A DNA stretch of 62,485 nt, counting the filler, from Sphacelaria rigidula (lineage: Eukaryota), in the NCBI GenBank assembly GCA_964200075.2. It is 9 parts of 9 records of this genome, joined end to end, with 100 filler letters (N's around TTAATTAATTAA, not from the genome) between each part and the next. Parts side by side here need not be neighbours in the genome. Positions count along the whole stretch, not along the records: positions 20,865 to 27,718 come from CAXNAA020017754.1; positions 27,819 to 34,672 come from CAXNAA020017755.1; positions 34,773 to 41,626 come from CAXNAA020017756.1; 6 more parts are not named here. One strand, written 5' to 3'. Positions 25,038 to 37,277 of the stretch are shown in pieces. The notes under the pieces are model-generated. The model worked only from the letters and a program-made list of their open reading frames with translations. It had not been told where the DNA came from and made no database searches. Made by a program: the position numbers and the translations under genes. Each line of letters starts with the position of its first letter. The stretch's first letter is position 1.

Positions 25038-26168
25038 ATGTTTGTCGCGAGGGACCAAAGCATAGACAGCAGCGTAGACAGCAATACCACCGCGAGGGTC
25101 GATTCAGACGATGGCAGCAGCGTGCTCACAAACACCAGTGAACGACTAGGTGCGATAAAGTAAAGCTATCCGTATTGTTGCCGTCTGGTGTAGCGTGTTC
25201 ATGTAGAATGCCGTCTCCTGATTATCTCAGTTGCAACTAACTCCCCCACCTATTGACACAGGGTTTGCAATGTCAATGTGATGAAGTGTGCGCCCATGGC
25301 TTTCCTTTAGTCTGATCATGTGCCGCTGGAGCTGACGAGTTGTTTTCAACGCAAATAATGCTGCGTGAAGTTTTTTTTCTTCTTCTTTTGAGTGCGTCGT
25401 GCAACAAACGCCGTGATGCTGCGGTATTATGTCTTGGCTACTTTCCGTGGGTACGGTGTCGACAGTCTCTCCAGTACGGTACATAAATATGTCGACTGGT
25501 CAGTGTACTTAGACGTGTGTGGGTCCTCCTGAAGTGCATACAGATTGTACAGTATCCCACGAGTCTCTTGCGCCGAGGGTCAATTATGCAAGCTATATCG
25601 TTTCAGACACAGCCCGTAGTGCAAGTCACCGCTACCCAAACGAAATTTCTGTGGATTCGTTGCCCCCTCTCCCGCCCCCGACCCGGTAACATGACATGGC
25701 ATACATGACATACTGTGCTGCGCTCGGGTTCATTACTTGTACTACCATTACTATTAGCCGACTCTGTGGGGAGCGCATCTGCGTCGGTCACGTCCGCATC
25801 TTGTAGGACCCCTAGGTCAAGGTCACGGTCAAGGTCACCAAGCACTACCACAACCAAAAGCAAAGCCTGGAAAACCTCCAAAGGCAGGAACAGAGCGGCT
25901 TCAAAGATTGTTGACCCTGCCAATCGGACCAAGGAGGAGACGGCGCATCTCGTCAGGCTCCGAGATAATATCATCGAAGCCAAGAATCAAGAAGTGAGTA
26001 ACTTCATATGACTGAAGTATCATCGAACTTGCAAAGGTGTTAAGAGCACGTAGTATATATCCTGGTATGGTTCGCAGGTGCAGCACTTTGACTCTTGTCA
26101 ATGCGAGTGCGGCACCTGAAGGGCCGGCCGTTTCTCGTGATAAGGCCGCAGCGGCATGGGAATTCTTG

Positions 26169-26344
26169 GTACAGTACAGTACAGTACAGTACAGTACAGT
26201 ACAGTACAGTACAGTACAGTACAGTACGGTACGGTACGGTACGGTACCTCCGAGACACCGAGAACGTCCCGCATACTGTACAGTACGGTACGGTACGGTA
26301 CGGTACGGTACGGTACCTCCGAGACACCGAGAACGTCCCGCATA
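26169..26344. repeat. (CAGTA)n grading into (CGGTA)n, with duplicated unit CCTCCGAGACACCGAGAACGTCCCGCATA
   Basis: Two blocks of pentamer array are each followed by the identical ~29-bp segment. Confidence 0.95.
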
Positions 26345-26538
26345 GCACGTATACAGGACCTTGACACCGCGTTTGTTAGCGCCATGTTTCTACAGGAACA
26401 AGACAACGCTGGACGTATAATCCTGTCCTCTTGTACAGAAAATATATTAAGGAAGTACGCTCGGCATTTCCCCAAAGTGCAGAGAATCTGATTTTGACGT
26501 TATACTGACAGCTGTCTCAAGAGTAATGGCCGTGGGAA

Positions 26539-26563
26539 AGGTTAGGGTTAGGGTTAGGGTTAT
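26539..26563 (+). repeat. Short interstitial (TTAGGG)n telomere-type array
   Basis: The sequence reads ggttagggttagggttagggttatgg. Confidence 0.8.
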
Positions 26564-27202
26564 GGTTTGCGTCTGTACTGTACCGTACTGTACCTTGAAA
26601 CAAAACGAGGGGGGAAACGTATTATCGCCTAGTACGTACGGCCCATGCGCAACGCGGAGATCCGCCTCAAATCCACTCTGTACCCTCGTTAGAAGGAAAT
26701 TCCAGAAGTATGCCGGATCTGGCGTTTTTTTGTCTCTAAATACGTTTTCTAGACGGCCCTTCCGGCCTTTTATGGTCGGGTATGGACTATTATACTGCAT
26801 CCGAGGACCTGATGTACCTCATGCAGTCGGCGGACGCCCGAGCATGAGCCATACCCAACCGCAACCATGGCAGCCGAGGAATCAATTCCTCACCAGTTAA
26901 TTTGCCGTTCACCAAACACAACGACCGAACCCGGTGTGGTCTTTACGGAATAAGATTCCGAGGAATTCCCCACGAACAACTCAACTCCCTGCACCCCGAT
27001 ACTCCGGCGGCATTTTTGCCGACACTCCGACACTCCGAACACTGCAAACGAAGATGTAGCGCACATCAGAATCCGAGTGGCAATTCCGAGTATGGACACT
27101 GGACACTGGACACTGGACACACAATATGGACACACAAGTTCCCCGCGTTTGAGGCGGATGTACAGGTTGGTTCACGCTTATCACCCAAAAAACACTCATC
27201 GG

Positions 27203-27478
27203 CAAAACTTTACGCCGTTTTAAGGAGTCAGACCCTGGAATTTTGCACGAATCTTCTATGGATCATTGCAAAACTTTCCACGAATGTTTTTTTTCTACTT
27301 TTTCACCGTTTTTCGGGGGTCCCAGTTTTTTGGGGGAAACCTCGACCCAATCGGACCCCCGTCAAACGGTAACGAAAAATAAAATACAAAACCCGTTTCT
27401 GCAAAGTTGCGTAATGTCCCAAAGCACAGTTGTGCAAAATTTCAGGGTCTGACTCCTTAAAACGGCGTGAAGTTTTTG
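27203..27478. mobile_element. Palindromic/MITE-like element (~45-bp near-perfect terminal arms)
   Basis: aaaactttacgccgttttaaggagtcagaccctggaattttgcac is the near reverse complement of gtgcaaaatttcagggtctgactccttaaaacggcgtgaagtttt. Confidence 0.8.
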
Positions 27479-29327
27479 GCCTTTGTGCGATGAAGTTTGC
27501 CGTACCGCGGTGAAACCGCAAACTACTTGATTTTAGTTTCAAAACGGCGTTTTTTAGCCTTCTTTGACGTGAACATGGAAATTCAAGCATCAGTTGATCG
27601 ATTTTTGCGACGAAAATTTGTGGAGCCCATCCTTGGGTTATGCGGAGGCAGATAATTCGCGAAATAATGGAAAAAAAATATCTTAGTGCCGTTTTTCTGG
27701 GGTCCCAAAATGGAGACTNNNNNNNNNNNNNNNNNNNNNNNNNNNNNNNNNNNNNNNNNNNNTTAATTAATTAANNNNNNNNNNNNNNNNNNNNNNNNNN
27801 NNNNNNNNNNNNNNNNNNCGGAACGGCTTTTAATGTGAAGACAACAACAACAACTACATCGGGGATGCGCGCGCGGGGGGGGGGGGGGTATAGGGTGCAG
27901 TATGCGGAGAGTCTGATGTCCGATCGATCTCTGCCTGGGTTACTTGCTTACTGAGGACGCTACAACAACGACGGGCATCGAAAAATGCGCTTGTTTCGCG
28001 GTTAATATTGTTTTGATCGGTTGTCGTCGGTATTTTCCCTGTTATTTATCGCTCATTTGTTTCTAATGGTCGATGGGAGTGTAGTGGCGATGGAGCCAGG
28101 AAAACATGGATGGTTGGTCGATGGCAGGAGATCGAGGATTTCTTCTGTCGTCACTGCAGTTCAGTGTGCTTGCTATTCTGTATCTCGATCACCTCTTGAG
28201 GACATTATCATACCGGCTGAACAATTTTGATCCAATACTCCAACCTTTGATCGACTAAAAAAAGTGTTACGAGTCGAGTAGCAGTCTTGGTATCTCGACC
28301 ATCTCGACCCCGACCGGTCCATTTCCCAGCAGAGACATCAGCATCTATCTATCTCACTTACGCGCCCAGCTCTGATCAGCGCCGTAAGTGGCAACGTATA
28401 TGGCACTCTGCGGTTGAAGGTGAAGTTCAACGTTTAGGTGTCTTCTAAACCACGGCGGCGGCTTCTCCGACGGGAGAGTTGCCGCGTGGCTGGATTTTTT
28501 CGGGGTATTTTTTTTCGCACTGAGCACGGCATGCGTGTACAGTAGTAGAGTATGTGTGATGTTCGGCTGCTTTTCGCACAATTCGTCATGCGTCTCACTT
28601 TTATTTGGTAGGCGTAAAGGTGACTGAAGATGCGCGAGCCCTTTCTGGGCAATTTCGTGGTGAAAGTGCGTCGTTGCTGTGGTGGTCGGGTAGTAACCCT
28701 CCGTGATGGAGACTAACAAGTTGTACGGCTGGGACTACAACTTGGATCCAAAAAGGCTCGCGTAATTCTATGCACCGGTACGTGAGGCAGCAGCAGCAGT
28801 ATGTTGTAGTATACAGGAGTGTAATGGCTATAGATGCAACGGGTATATAGTTCAGATGCATACCTAGAGTCAAGGCTTTCGAAATTGGTTCGATCAATGG
28901 TAGGCTGTTCAGGAGTGCGAAGGCCTCTTCTTCATGAATGGTCCCAACAAAAACCCCAAGGAGGAGAGCTTTTTACTCAGCCCTTCTTCTGCGTTGTTTT
29001 ACGCTCGAGGTGGGAAACAGCAGGATTGTGACGTCTCAGAATATAGCCAACTACGCTACTACATTTGTAGTGGCACACTCCCTAAGACGGTACCAGGGCA
29101 CCTCTGCGTTTTCCGGTGGCCGTGGTGACAATTCTTCGCAAGAGCGGTCAAATTTCATAACGGGTTACTTTAGTTTGGTACGTTTCCACGCATTCACGGT
29201 AGTATTTCACCTTTTTTTTGGTGATGGGGGCGGAAAACACACCAATTTGCCGAAAGGACATACTCGTGCTGTTGTGTAAACCGGGAAGATAGTGGGGGAA
29301 AGTGTGGTACCGTCCTCTAGGATATTA

Positions 29328-29591
29328 GAGGTGTCAAACTCGAGGATCGCGGTACATTTCACAATAACTTACTACAAGTATCTCGAGGTTCCCAATATAT
29401 TTGTCTGTAAATTGCCGTCAAATATACCGGGAATCTCGGGTTTGAGATATCTCAACTCGAAGATTCTCGGTATATTTCGCAACAGTAATTTACATTTGAA
29501 TAAATCGGGAAGCTCGAGAGTGACATATATACCTCAACTATTGTAATTGTCAATATGAAAAGCACCGGCGACCTCGAGTTTGAGATACTTC
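29328..29591. mobile_element. Palindromic element built from alternating-orientation ATCTCAAACTCGxG units (family C); second copy at 31741-31819
   Basis: The centre TTGAGATATCTCAA is flanked by the arms gtaaattg..aaatataccgggaatct / agattctcggtatattt..gtaatttac, and the outer pair caaactcgagg / cctcgagtttg. The same unit forms a small hairpin at 31741-31819. Confidence 0.75.
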
Positions 29592-30547
29592 CATCTAGAC
29601 TCGCTCGTTCCGAGGTGACGGAATTCGCACAGCCGTCCTCCGTCGGGAAAAGGTGTCTCGGAAGGATCAAGAAGGTACTTTCCCGAGAGACGTATGTTCT
29701 CGGATCGTAAGTAAGGCCGCTTTTCATGGCAACCAAATTCAAAATCTGGGGGGAAAGTGCCTTTTTGGAACTTCCGTGTCATTTCACGCCGTACCTGAAA
29801 GAGGGCTACGGGGCGGATCTTGACACCCTGTAATGCCCTGTTGTAGTATTCGCGACCGATCTCCGCGAGAAAAATGAGCGATATTTTGGTGGTGGGCGTT
29901 ATTGTGCGCGCATTGGACAACCTCATGCTGGGTAGGGTACCCTTGCACGTTGCGCTGTACACATGTTCAAAACAAATCCAGCAAAAGTGCTGTACGTTTC
30001 GAATATATACGCGCCGCTCCAGGCATCTCTTCGGCCACAAGTGGCGCAAACCAAGCCAAAGCTAGAGCTTGGAATGGGCGTACACTATGTGGAGGGAGGG
30101 TTATCGAGTGGCGTGTTTCGTTTATATGTCGTGTGTTTCTTCCTGAAGAGACACGGCATGACGGATGTACGCCGTCCTCGATGAATACAGAGGGTGTATC
30201 GTTGCATTGGTAGCATCCCTGTTCGCTTATCGAGGGGTGAAAAGACCGTGCGTGATTTTTTTGGTTTTGTTTTCCCGTTTTCTTGTAATATATATTGATC
30301 ACTGCACGATGCTTTACACCGCGCGGAGCAGAGCACGCGGAGGGAGAAAACTGCACATACAAGTTCCTCCGTGCTGAAAGTTGCCTTCATTTATTCCCTC
30401 GACGAAAACAGCGAAGAGGCGATCTTCGAAAATGAGGTTCAACATTGAAATAAGTTTGGCTGCATTCTACTCGTACTCCAAACAGTTCTAACAATGTTTT
30501 CGTGATATTGAGAGTAGCAGATCGGACTGAGACCGACTCTAACCGGA

Positions 30548-30988
30548 GCCGTTCAAAATTCCTGTTTGGAACTGCCTTCCTGGCCCTTCTCGATCGCTTT
30601 ACGCCTGAAATGATGGGCTAGGCGGATGTTGGCGCCTCGGAATGACTTGCTCTACTCATGGAGGCCGTTCTAGGGCAACTTTGCATTTCCCGCTGGTCGC
30701 ACCTTCATTTTTGGGCCAACATGGATTTCCAACGAAAAACGAAAAGCGATAAAAAAAACAGGGGAAAATTCTGATCACCTGACCATTTTTTACTGAAGAA
30801 ACCCGTGCCTCGCCTCATTTGGCCAGAAACAAAAGTGTGGCCAGCGGGAAATGCGAAGTTGCCCTAGAACGGTCTCAACGAGTAGAGCAAGTCATTCCAA
30901 GGCGTCAACATCCGCCTAGCCCTTTTTTCGGGCACAAATCGACGGAGAAGGGCCCAAAAGGCAGTTTTCGACAGGAATTTTGAACGGC
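30548..30988. mobile_element. Palindromic element, family A (related to 13255-13730 and the right arm at ~19480-19570)
   Basis: The termini pair as gccgttcaaaattcctgt / acaggaattttgaacggc. It shares gacttgctctactc and gagtagagcaagtcattccaagg with the 13255 element. Confidence 0.85.
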
Positions 30989-31149
30989 CATCAGAGTTGG
31001 CCTGAGAGTAGAGTTTTCATTCGAAAAGACGGGTCAGTTGTGCCTTTCCGGTTAATGGACGAAAAGCTTAGGTAGACATTGACGGAAAATCCTGCCGTTC
31101 AAGATCTTGATGTTTCACCAACACGAAGCTGTCGCGAGATATAGAAAAT

Positions 31150-31472
31150 TGCTTTTCCTGACCTACAGTCATGACAAATGATTTCACATAGACGACCTCA
31201 TGCCCCCCGACCTCCCTGAAACTATTTTCGGGGGTTTCCCGTCTTCCGCTCCACCCGAAGGGTATATGTGCGAAATCATCATTTATTCTTCGGCTAAGAG
31301 CGTCCCTCTTTCCAAATCGAAGTCGAGGCAATGAGAAGGTGTTTTCGAGCATACCCCTTGGGGGAACCAAAGAAGACAACCTCCCCAAAAATAATCTCAG
31401 AGAGGTCGGGGAGCATGACTAGATCGTGCATGTGAAAAGTCATCTGCCATTACTTGAAAGTCGGGGCAAGCA
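31150..31472. mobile_element. Palindromic element, family B
   Basis: The arms tgcttttcctgacc..catgccccccgacctccctga and tcagagaggtcggggagcatg..gtcggggcaagca pair. The element is homologous to 19790-20100 and 49672-50020. Confidence 0.8.
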
Positions 31473-32388
31473 CTATTTGGAGTTGAAACTCATCGTGATG
31501 CTCAAGCTCATTTTCGGAGATACTCTCCTGCACACACGTGGTACTGTACTGGTCTCGGCTTGATGGCTTCTTCAATACGGACCATCCTGTGACTGCATGC
31601 GATCCCAGCCAAGGCGTGGAGGGGCAGCTGTGTGCTATTTATAGAGTCTCCAGTAAGTCGGCTGTGAACAACAAGCTGACTGATTCTGAACCTGACGAAA
31701 GCCACTGCTACATGTACCGGCTGTACGCCGCATTGGAGGCATCTCAAACTCGGGATTCACGGTATATTTCAGCAGTAATTTACCGTGGAAAATGCCGAGA
31801 ACCCCGAGTTTGAGATATCCCTACTACGCAGTGTTCACGACTTGTGCACGACCCGCAAACCTCAGATCTCGCTACGCTTTATCCTCCACAGCTTTTTATC
31901 GCATGTGTTGGCCTGGCCTGGGCTACTACTGCTTTTAGCGGACAGTGAGAGTCACTTATCCTACCCGGACGGTGAGTGTGTGTAGGTTGTAGCTTCTCGC
32001 GCGGTGGAAAGGGTACGGAGCGAGCGGAGCCGCGACGTGGACTTGAACAGGACGGACTTTGCAAGTCAGGGTTTGGGTCGAGACACCGAATGACAGAGCA
32101 GGGGATGCGTCCATGCGGAAGCGTCCCGAGACGGGAGAATGACGATCCCAGACTGGGGATTGGATGATGACAGTCCCTGGGTGACAGACCCAGGAAGACG
32201 GTCCGGTTTGACTAGCCCGGGGTTACTAGTAAGCAGGTCGAGTCATACAGAGGTCATAATATATAGAATAATATGGTCGTTCACCACCCATTTTCGTCCG
32301 GAAAAGAGGGGACCTGCCGGAATGTTCCATCTGTGAAAAGCTCACTCCTACAAGCTGGGCCAGCATAGAGGCGGATTTGAAGTTGGCA

Positions 32389-32658
32389 GGCCCATTCTCT
32401 TTATAGATTTGGAGTTGGACTCTGAAATTTGGTATGGACAATGCATAGGGCATTAAAAAAAATACTGCGGTACCAAAATGTTCTTTGTTTTTTTCCATGA
32501 GTTAGGGGCATTTTACTGATACCTGAAAACTGATTATTGCCCTTAACTCATGCGAAAAAACAAAGAACATTTTGGTACCTAAGTAATTTTTTATGCCTTA
32601 TGCATTGTCTATACCAAATTTCAGGGTCCAACTCTAAATGTATAAAAGAGAATAGGCC
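32389..32658. mobile_element. Palindromic element (~120-bp arms)
   Basis: ggcccattctctttatagatttggagttggactctgaaatttggtatggacaatgcata..catgagttaggggca pairs with tgcccttaactcatg..tatgcattgtctataccaaatttcagggtccaactctaaatgtataaaagagaataggcc. Confidence 0.85.
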
Positions 32659-33620
32659 GATCAAAAACCGGGTCGATAGAAATTCGGAACAGTATTTCGC
32701 AGGCCACTCACGGGCCCACGTTTTGTTTTCGTGTATTGAAATTTCGTGTGGGCGCTCTCTGAGGTACAATGAACAAAACAAAATGGGTCAGGTTGATTTT
32801 TTTCATTTTTTTTTCACTGGTTTAGGGCGTTCTACTATGGTAGAGATCGTATTTCATGAGAACGCCCTAACCTGTATGAAAAAAAAATGGAAGGCCCATT
32901 TTTTTTTATTCGGCACTCTTTTGTGGTTCTCCACTCTGTGATGTGATAAAAGTGAAAGCACCTTGTGGAGGTTGTAATGGTGTTCACCAAGATTGTTTCA
33001 GGTTCAGACCTCAATCGTTGTTTGTTTACTCAGCTCAGCAGCGCAGGCTGACCACAATCGATCTCGTGTTGCTTGCACAGAAGGAGACAACAAGCAATTA
33101 CAGACGAGAGTAGCATCTTTTTTGTTTCACGCAATTGATTGTATCCGAGCTTCATCTACAGCTTCAGCTACAGAACATAAATACAACACGAACCGAAACA
33201 GGCCTAAGCTTTAATCAACAAAACACACCAGACGAAACAGCAGCCCGACTACTGCTCTTATCTCTGGGACTCACTTTCTCGCGGTTTGTAGATACTCGAA
33301 TGGGGAAACTGGTGAATCGAAGCCAAAAACCGAGATGAGAAGAGAGTGGGGCACGTAAGGGCTGCTATTTCAAACGTGTTTCGCCGCCCCCTAAATCAAC
33401 ATAAACTGAGGTCATACCATAAAATTCAAAAAGCCGGGCTCCTCAATTCATGCCATGGTTGGGTTACTACCTTTTTTCGAGTTCAATTACATGCTCTCCG
33501 TAGGACGTCAACCTCAAGGGGCAGCGAATTCTCCGCTATTTGAGCATGAAAATGTCCCATCATTCAATGTCACCTTCGCCCAAGATCATGGCTACGTCCT
33601 GCAGTCACATCATATCACAA

Positions 33621-34194
33621 CACCAAAATTCGTCGCCATATCGCTAAATGCATCGATCGGGAGTTTCATAGAGATTTTAGTATTGGCGCCATCTCCCTTG
33701 GGTATAGGAATCACTAGACATGGGGTTTAATCAACGAGAAAATGTGGGTCCAAACTTGTGAGCAGATGGGCACCTTCCTAATGGTTAGACGATTAATACG
33801 ATATGCGGATCACGGCCCAACTCGTCTGTGTNNNNNNNNNNATGAGATATTGCTTTTAGAGCTTAAATCCGTTTTCAGGCTGGCCCAGCTCGTTCATGTC
33901 AGGGGAACGTACAGTAACTACTGGAGTGCGAGCCGGGCCAGCCTAGACACGGATTTTAGCTCTAAAAATTAAATCTCGTCGACACGGACGAGTTGGGCCA
34001 TGATCCGCATAGCTCTATTGTATTAATCGTCTCACCAAGGGGGAGGTGCACATTTGCTCAAAAGTTTGGGCCCATATTTTCTCGTTGATGAAACCCCATG
34101 TCTAGTAACTCCCATTCCTAACGGAGATAGCGTCCATACTGAAATCTCTGAACCCCCGATCGATGCATTCAGCGGATGACAACGGATTTTGGTG
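33621..34194. mobile_element. Long palindromic element (~270-bp arms; a 10-N gap lies in the left arm)
   Basis: caccaaaattcg..aatgcatcgatcggg..actagacatggggttt..ggcccaactcgtc..aggctggccc pairs with gggccagcct..gacgagttgggcc..aaaccccatgtctagt..cccgatcgatgcatt..attttggtg. Confidence 0.85.
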
Positions 34195-35069
34195 TGGACA
34201 TTCCCTGGAGTTCGGGGAGACGATGGATACCCTCACCTCTACCTAACTCATAACCCATGTCGAGATACGGCGCACATAACTTTTCATACTAACATCAGAA
34301 TATTACGAGCAGAGGCACTAGATGCCCTAAATCTGGTGTCGTCTTTTAGAGTGTCGCTTCGAAATTTCGTATGAAAAACCGCTAGTGCACAATGAAGCTA
34401 GATGCATCAGCTTTTTCAATTTTTTCCTTTTTTTTATTTTTTTTTCGGGTTTTTGGGGCAGTTGTGAGGAGAAACAAACATTGCTCTTGGGGCTGGTCTT
34501 AATTATTTAGCTCAATTTTTTGAATTGTGGTTTGAAACTCAGTATAAAGAACCACAAAGATATGCTAAATTAAAAAAAAATGGGCCCTCAATTTTTTGGG
34601 GGGGGTGTACTCATGATCATGCTTGCCATAGTCATCAGACCATTGACCTCGCATCCCTACAAAGCCGGGACGNNNNNNNNNNNNNNNNNNNNNNNNNNNN
34701 NNNNNNNNNNNNNNNNTTAATTAATTAANNNNNNNNNNNNNNNNNNNNNNNNNNNNNNNNNNNNNNNNNNNNGCACCAGACTCGCAATCAATCGCCAAGC
34801 GCGAAGCGCCGTGATGTGTTCGGCGAGTCCCATGAAGGGTGAGCAGGAGATAGGCCTCCTACTTCTGCGTCACAAAGGTACTGTCGAATGTCCACTCCAT
34901 ATCGCTTTCAGTTCATAGAATAATGTGAGGAGGTGCCGTAAATACCAGATTACAACCATGCACCCATGCGTATCTAGCAGTAGGACGTAGGACGACGCGG
35001 CGAAAATCAATATTTCAATATTCCAGCAACAACCATCAGCAAGTTTACTGGGCGATCATACACATCCCT

Positions 35070-35363
35070 GGATGCAAGCGGCTCTTTTCAATGTGGTCAT
35101 GCGCGAAAACGGCGATGCTCGCGGGTGCGTCTGCCAATCGGTCGGACGTACGGTACGCACGATCCAGTTCCCGCACACAGTGCAAAGCAACCGCATGCGG
35201 TCTCAGCAATGTAGCATAATTCTGATGCAAGCGGACATAGCTTGTCCTCTACAGCCTGATACAAGGAGCAAAGCAAAGCAACCACATGCGGTCTCAACAC
35301 TGAAGCATCGTTCCGACGCAAGCGGAAACGGCTTGCTCTCTACAGCCTGACGATACAAGGAGG
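35070..35363. repeat. Degenerate ~90-bp tandem repeat (2-3 units)
   Basis: gcaaagcaacc(g/a)catgcggtctca occurs at ~35182 and ~35273. ctctacagcctga..tacaaggag occurs twice and ga(t/c)gcaagcgg three times. Confidence 0.7.
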
Positions 35364-36007
35364 CACCTCTCGGCGACAACTGCATAGCCGGCTAGGGAAT
35401 CCATGCGAGCTTCACGCAATGCTCTACTGGCGCTTATGTCAGAGACGCTGAGGTACGAAAAGTCAACCTAGGCAAGACAGCGTTGGCGTGGGGGGTGTCT
35501 TATCTACCGATAATACCGTCGGTATCTCTAAAACAACGACTAGACTTCATTTGCCGTGCGGTGTGCATGATTAACTCCTCACCTTTGACAACACAGGGCT
35601 ATCCTCCCCCTTCAGCGCCTCCGCCACCGGATCTTGTATTGTCCGTAGCTCATCGTAAATCAATTGTACTAATGGCACCTTGCTTGGGTTGGTCATGCGC
35701 ACCGCAGAGAGGAGGTCGAGCGCGGCAAGGGGAAGGAGGCTGCGACATCAAACGCCATGTAGCTACAGCACCACTTGCAGCGTTGTTACGCGGATGGTGG
35801 CCTTGCTCCCGAATTTACACCCATCACATTTGGGGATTTAGTTTAGGTAACGGTGACCTTTGTAGTTCAAGAACCGCGGTCGGCAACAAGCAGCTGCACC
35901 AGCGGGAAACCACAAGGCATCACTACACAAGACGCTGGGCACGCGATGGATAGCGGGGAACGCTCTATGAAAGCATCGATACAAACAAGACACGTAGTCC
36001 AGGACAT

Positions 36008-36367
36008 CGGTCGCCCCGGTGGCTCAGTTGGTAACCTCGAAACCTTCTGACGATTGGGTCGTGGGTTCAATTCTCGGAGCGATCTGAGATTTTTTCTCAC
36101 ACAATGCGCAACAGTGGAGAGCGAATTTGTCGTGGGTACACCAAATGCGACTTAACGGTCGACGAGAGAAAGGGACTGCTGAACCCCTCTCGCGATANNN
36201 NNNNNNNAGCACCGCAGAAGGAAGGTAAGGTACTAAAAACAAATGAAAAAGAAAAGGCTCCTGTGTTGACCTTCCTCCTGTATGACCCCGGCTGCTGCGC
36301 TCACATATACCAAAAGATGTAGACCGGCGTCCAGAATAGATGGGACGACAAAGCACACACACACACA
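36008..36367 (+). mobile_element. tRNA-derived SINE, near full length
   Basis: A box TGGCTCAGTTGG (36020-36031) and B box GGTTCAATTCT (36064-36074) are followed by a unique body and an (AC)n tail. Homologous copies lie at 16273-16830 (-), 38835-38950 and 21712-21760. Confidence 0.88.
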
Positions 36368-36791
36368 GTCCTGAACGAGTCACAAACCCACGTCTAGTGC
36401 ATGTGCCGTGCGTTCATCTAGAGTAGTACTTCTATTCTTTCGGAATGCCTCAGGTGACAAAGGCACTAGCATCATAGCATGGATAATGCGCGGCTCTGTG
36501 TACTGTATATATATATATATATATATACACCCGCTTGTTCATGTGTTGCCCTGAAAAAACGTCAGCATTCGCCTCACTCCTGCAAGAGGGTCCCGCATAC
36601 CGAGAGGCTCACTTCTGTTTGTACCTTGCTGTCCCCCGCATTATGAAACGCACGAAGCGGGGCAGCGCCACCTTTACTCCGTCCCGCGATCCAAGCCGGC
36701 ACTCTAGTAACCGCGCCCCTGCGAACATAACATCCGCCGACAAAAACCATTCATGAGAGAGGGGAACATATAGGGGGAGCGAATGATAACA

Positions 36792-36870
<79 letters not shown>

Positions 36871-36873
36871 TAA
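36792..36873. repeat. (AAT)n microsatellite, about 27 units
   Basis: Direct reading of the sequence. Confidence 0.97.
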
Positions 36874-37054
36874 CTAGTGGTAAGCCACGGCTGACGCACG
36901 TGGCAGCACCGCCGCAGGTACCAACGCCACGGTTCTCGCACGCGTGGTGGTTTGAACGAAATTGCGAGAAGCGAAAACGACGTCAACCATAACTACTAAG
37001 TACCAAGTATGAGCAAATATGGGCTTCAAGCCCAACAGCTAACATGATGAGTGT

Positions 37055-37277
37055 TAGACACGCGGCCATTCGGCTATCCCGAAAATTCCTCCAGGGCGAT
37101 AAACTTTTCGAGCCTCCATAGGAACTAAACACCTCTAGAGGGGTGCGCGGCCCTCCAGGGCAGTAGCGTTTGTTTTCCTCCAGCGGGATTGAAGGCCTCC
37201 GGAGGCTTGTTTTGCCTCTGGAGGGCCGCGCATCCCTCCGAAGGCATTTTGGGGGTAGCCAAATGGCTGCGTGTGTA
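37055..37277. mobile_element. Palindromic element, family D (motif GGGGGTAGCCxAATGGCxGCGTGT also at ~14622 and ~38392)
   Basis: acacgcggccattcggctatcccgaaaat pairs with attttgggggtagccaaatggctgcgtgt, and gggtgcgcggccctccag pairs with ctggagggccgcgcatcc. The centre is gcctccggaggc. Confidence 0.75.

Noticed and set aside
22817..25135. ORFs with LLC/QSK/AEQ, poly-Ala, AN and VN repeats
   Set aside because: The frames are open only because of micro- and minisatellites, with no other coding evidence.
26169..26344. CRISPR-like repeat-spacer array
   Set aside because: There are only two copies of the constant segment and the 'spacers' are simple pentamer repeats. The context is eukaryotic and there are no cas genes.
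36008..36080. tRNA gene
   Set aside because: A and B boxes are present, but there is no proper cloverleaf, and the sequence continues into a repeated body and AC tail. It is a SINE head. The B-box sites at ~20880 and ~48863 also lack a full cloverleaf.
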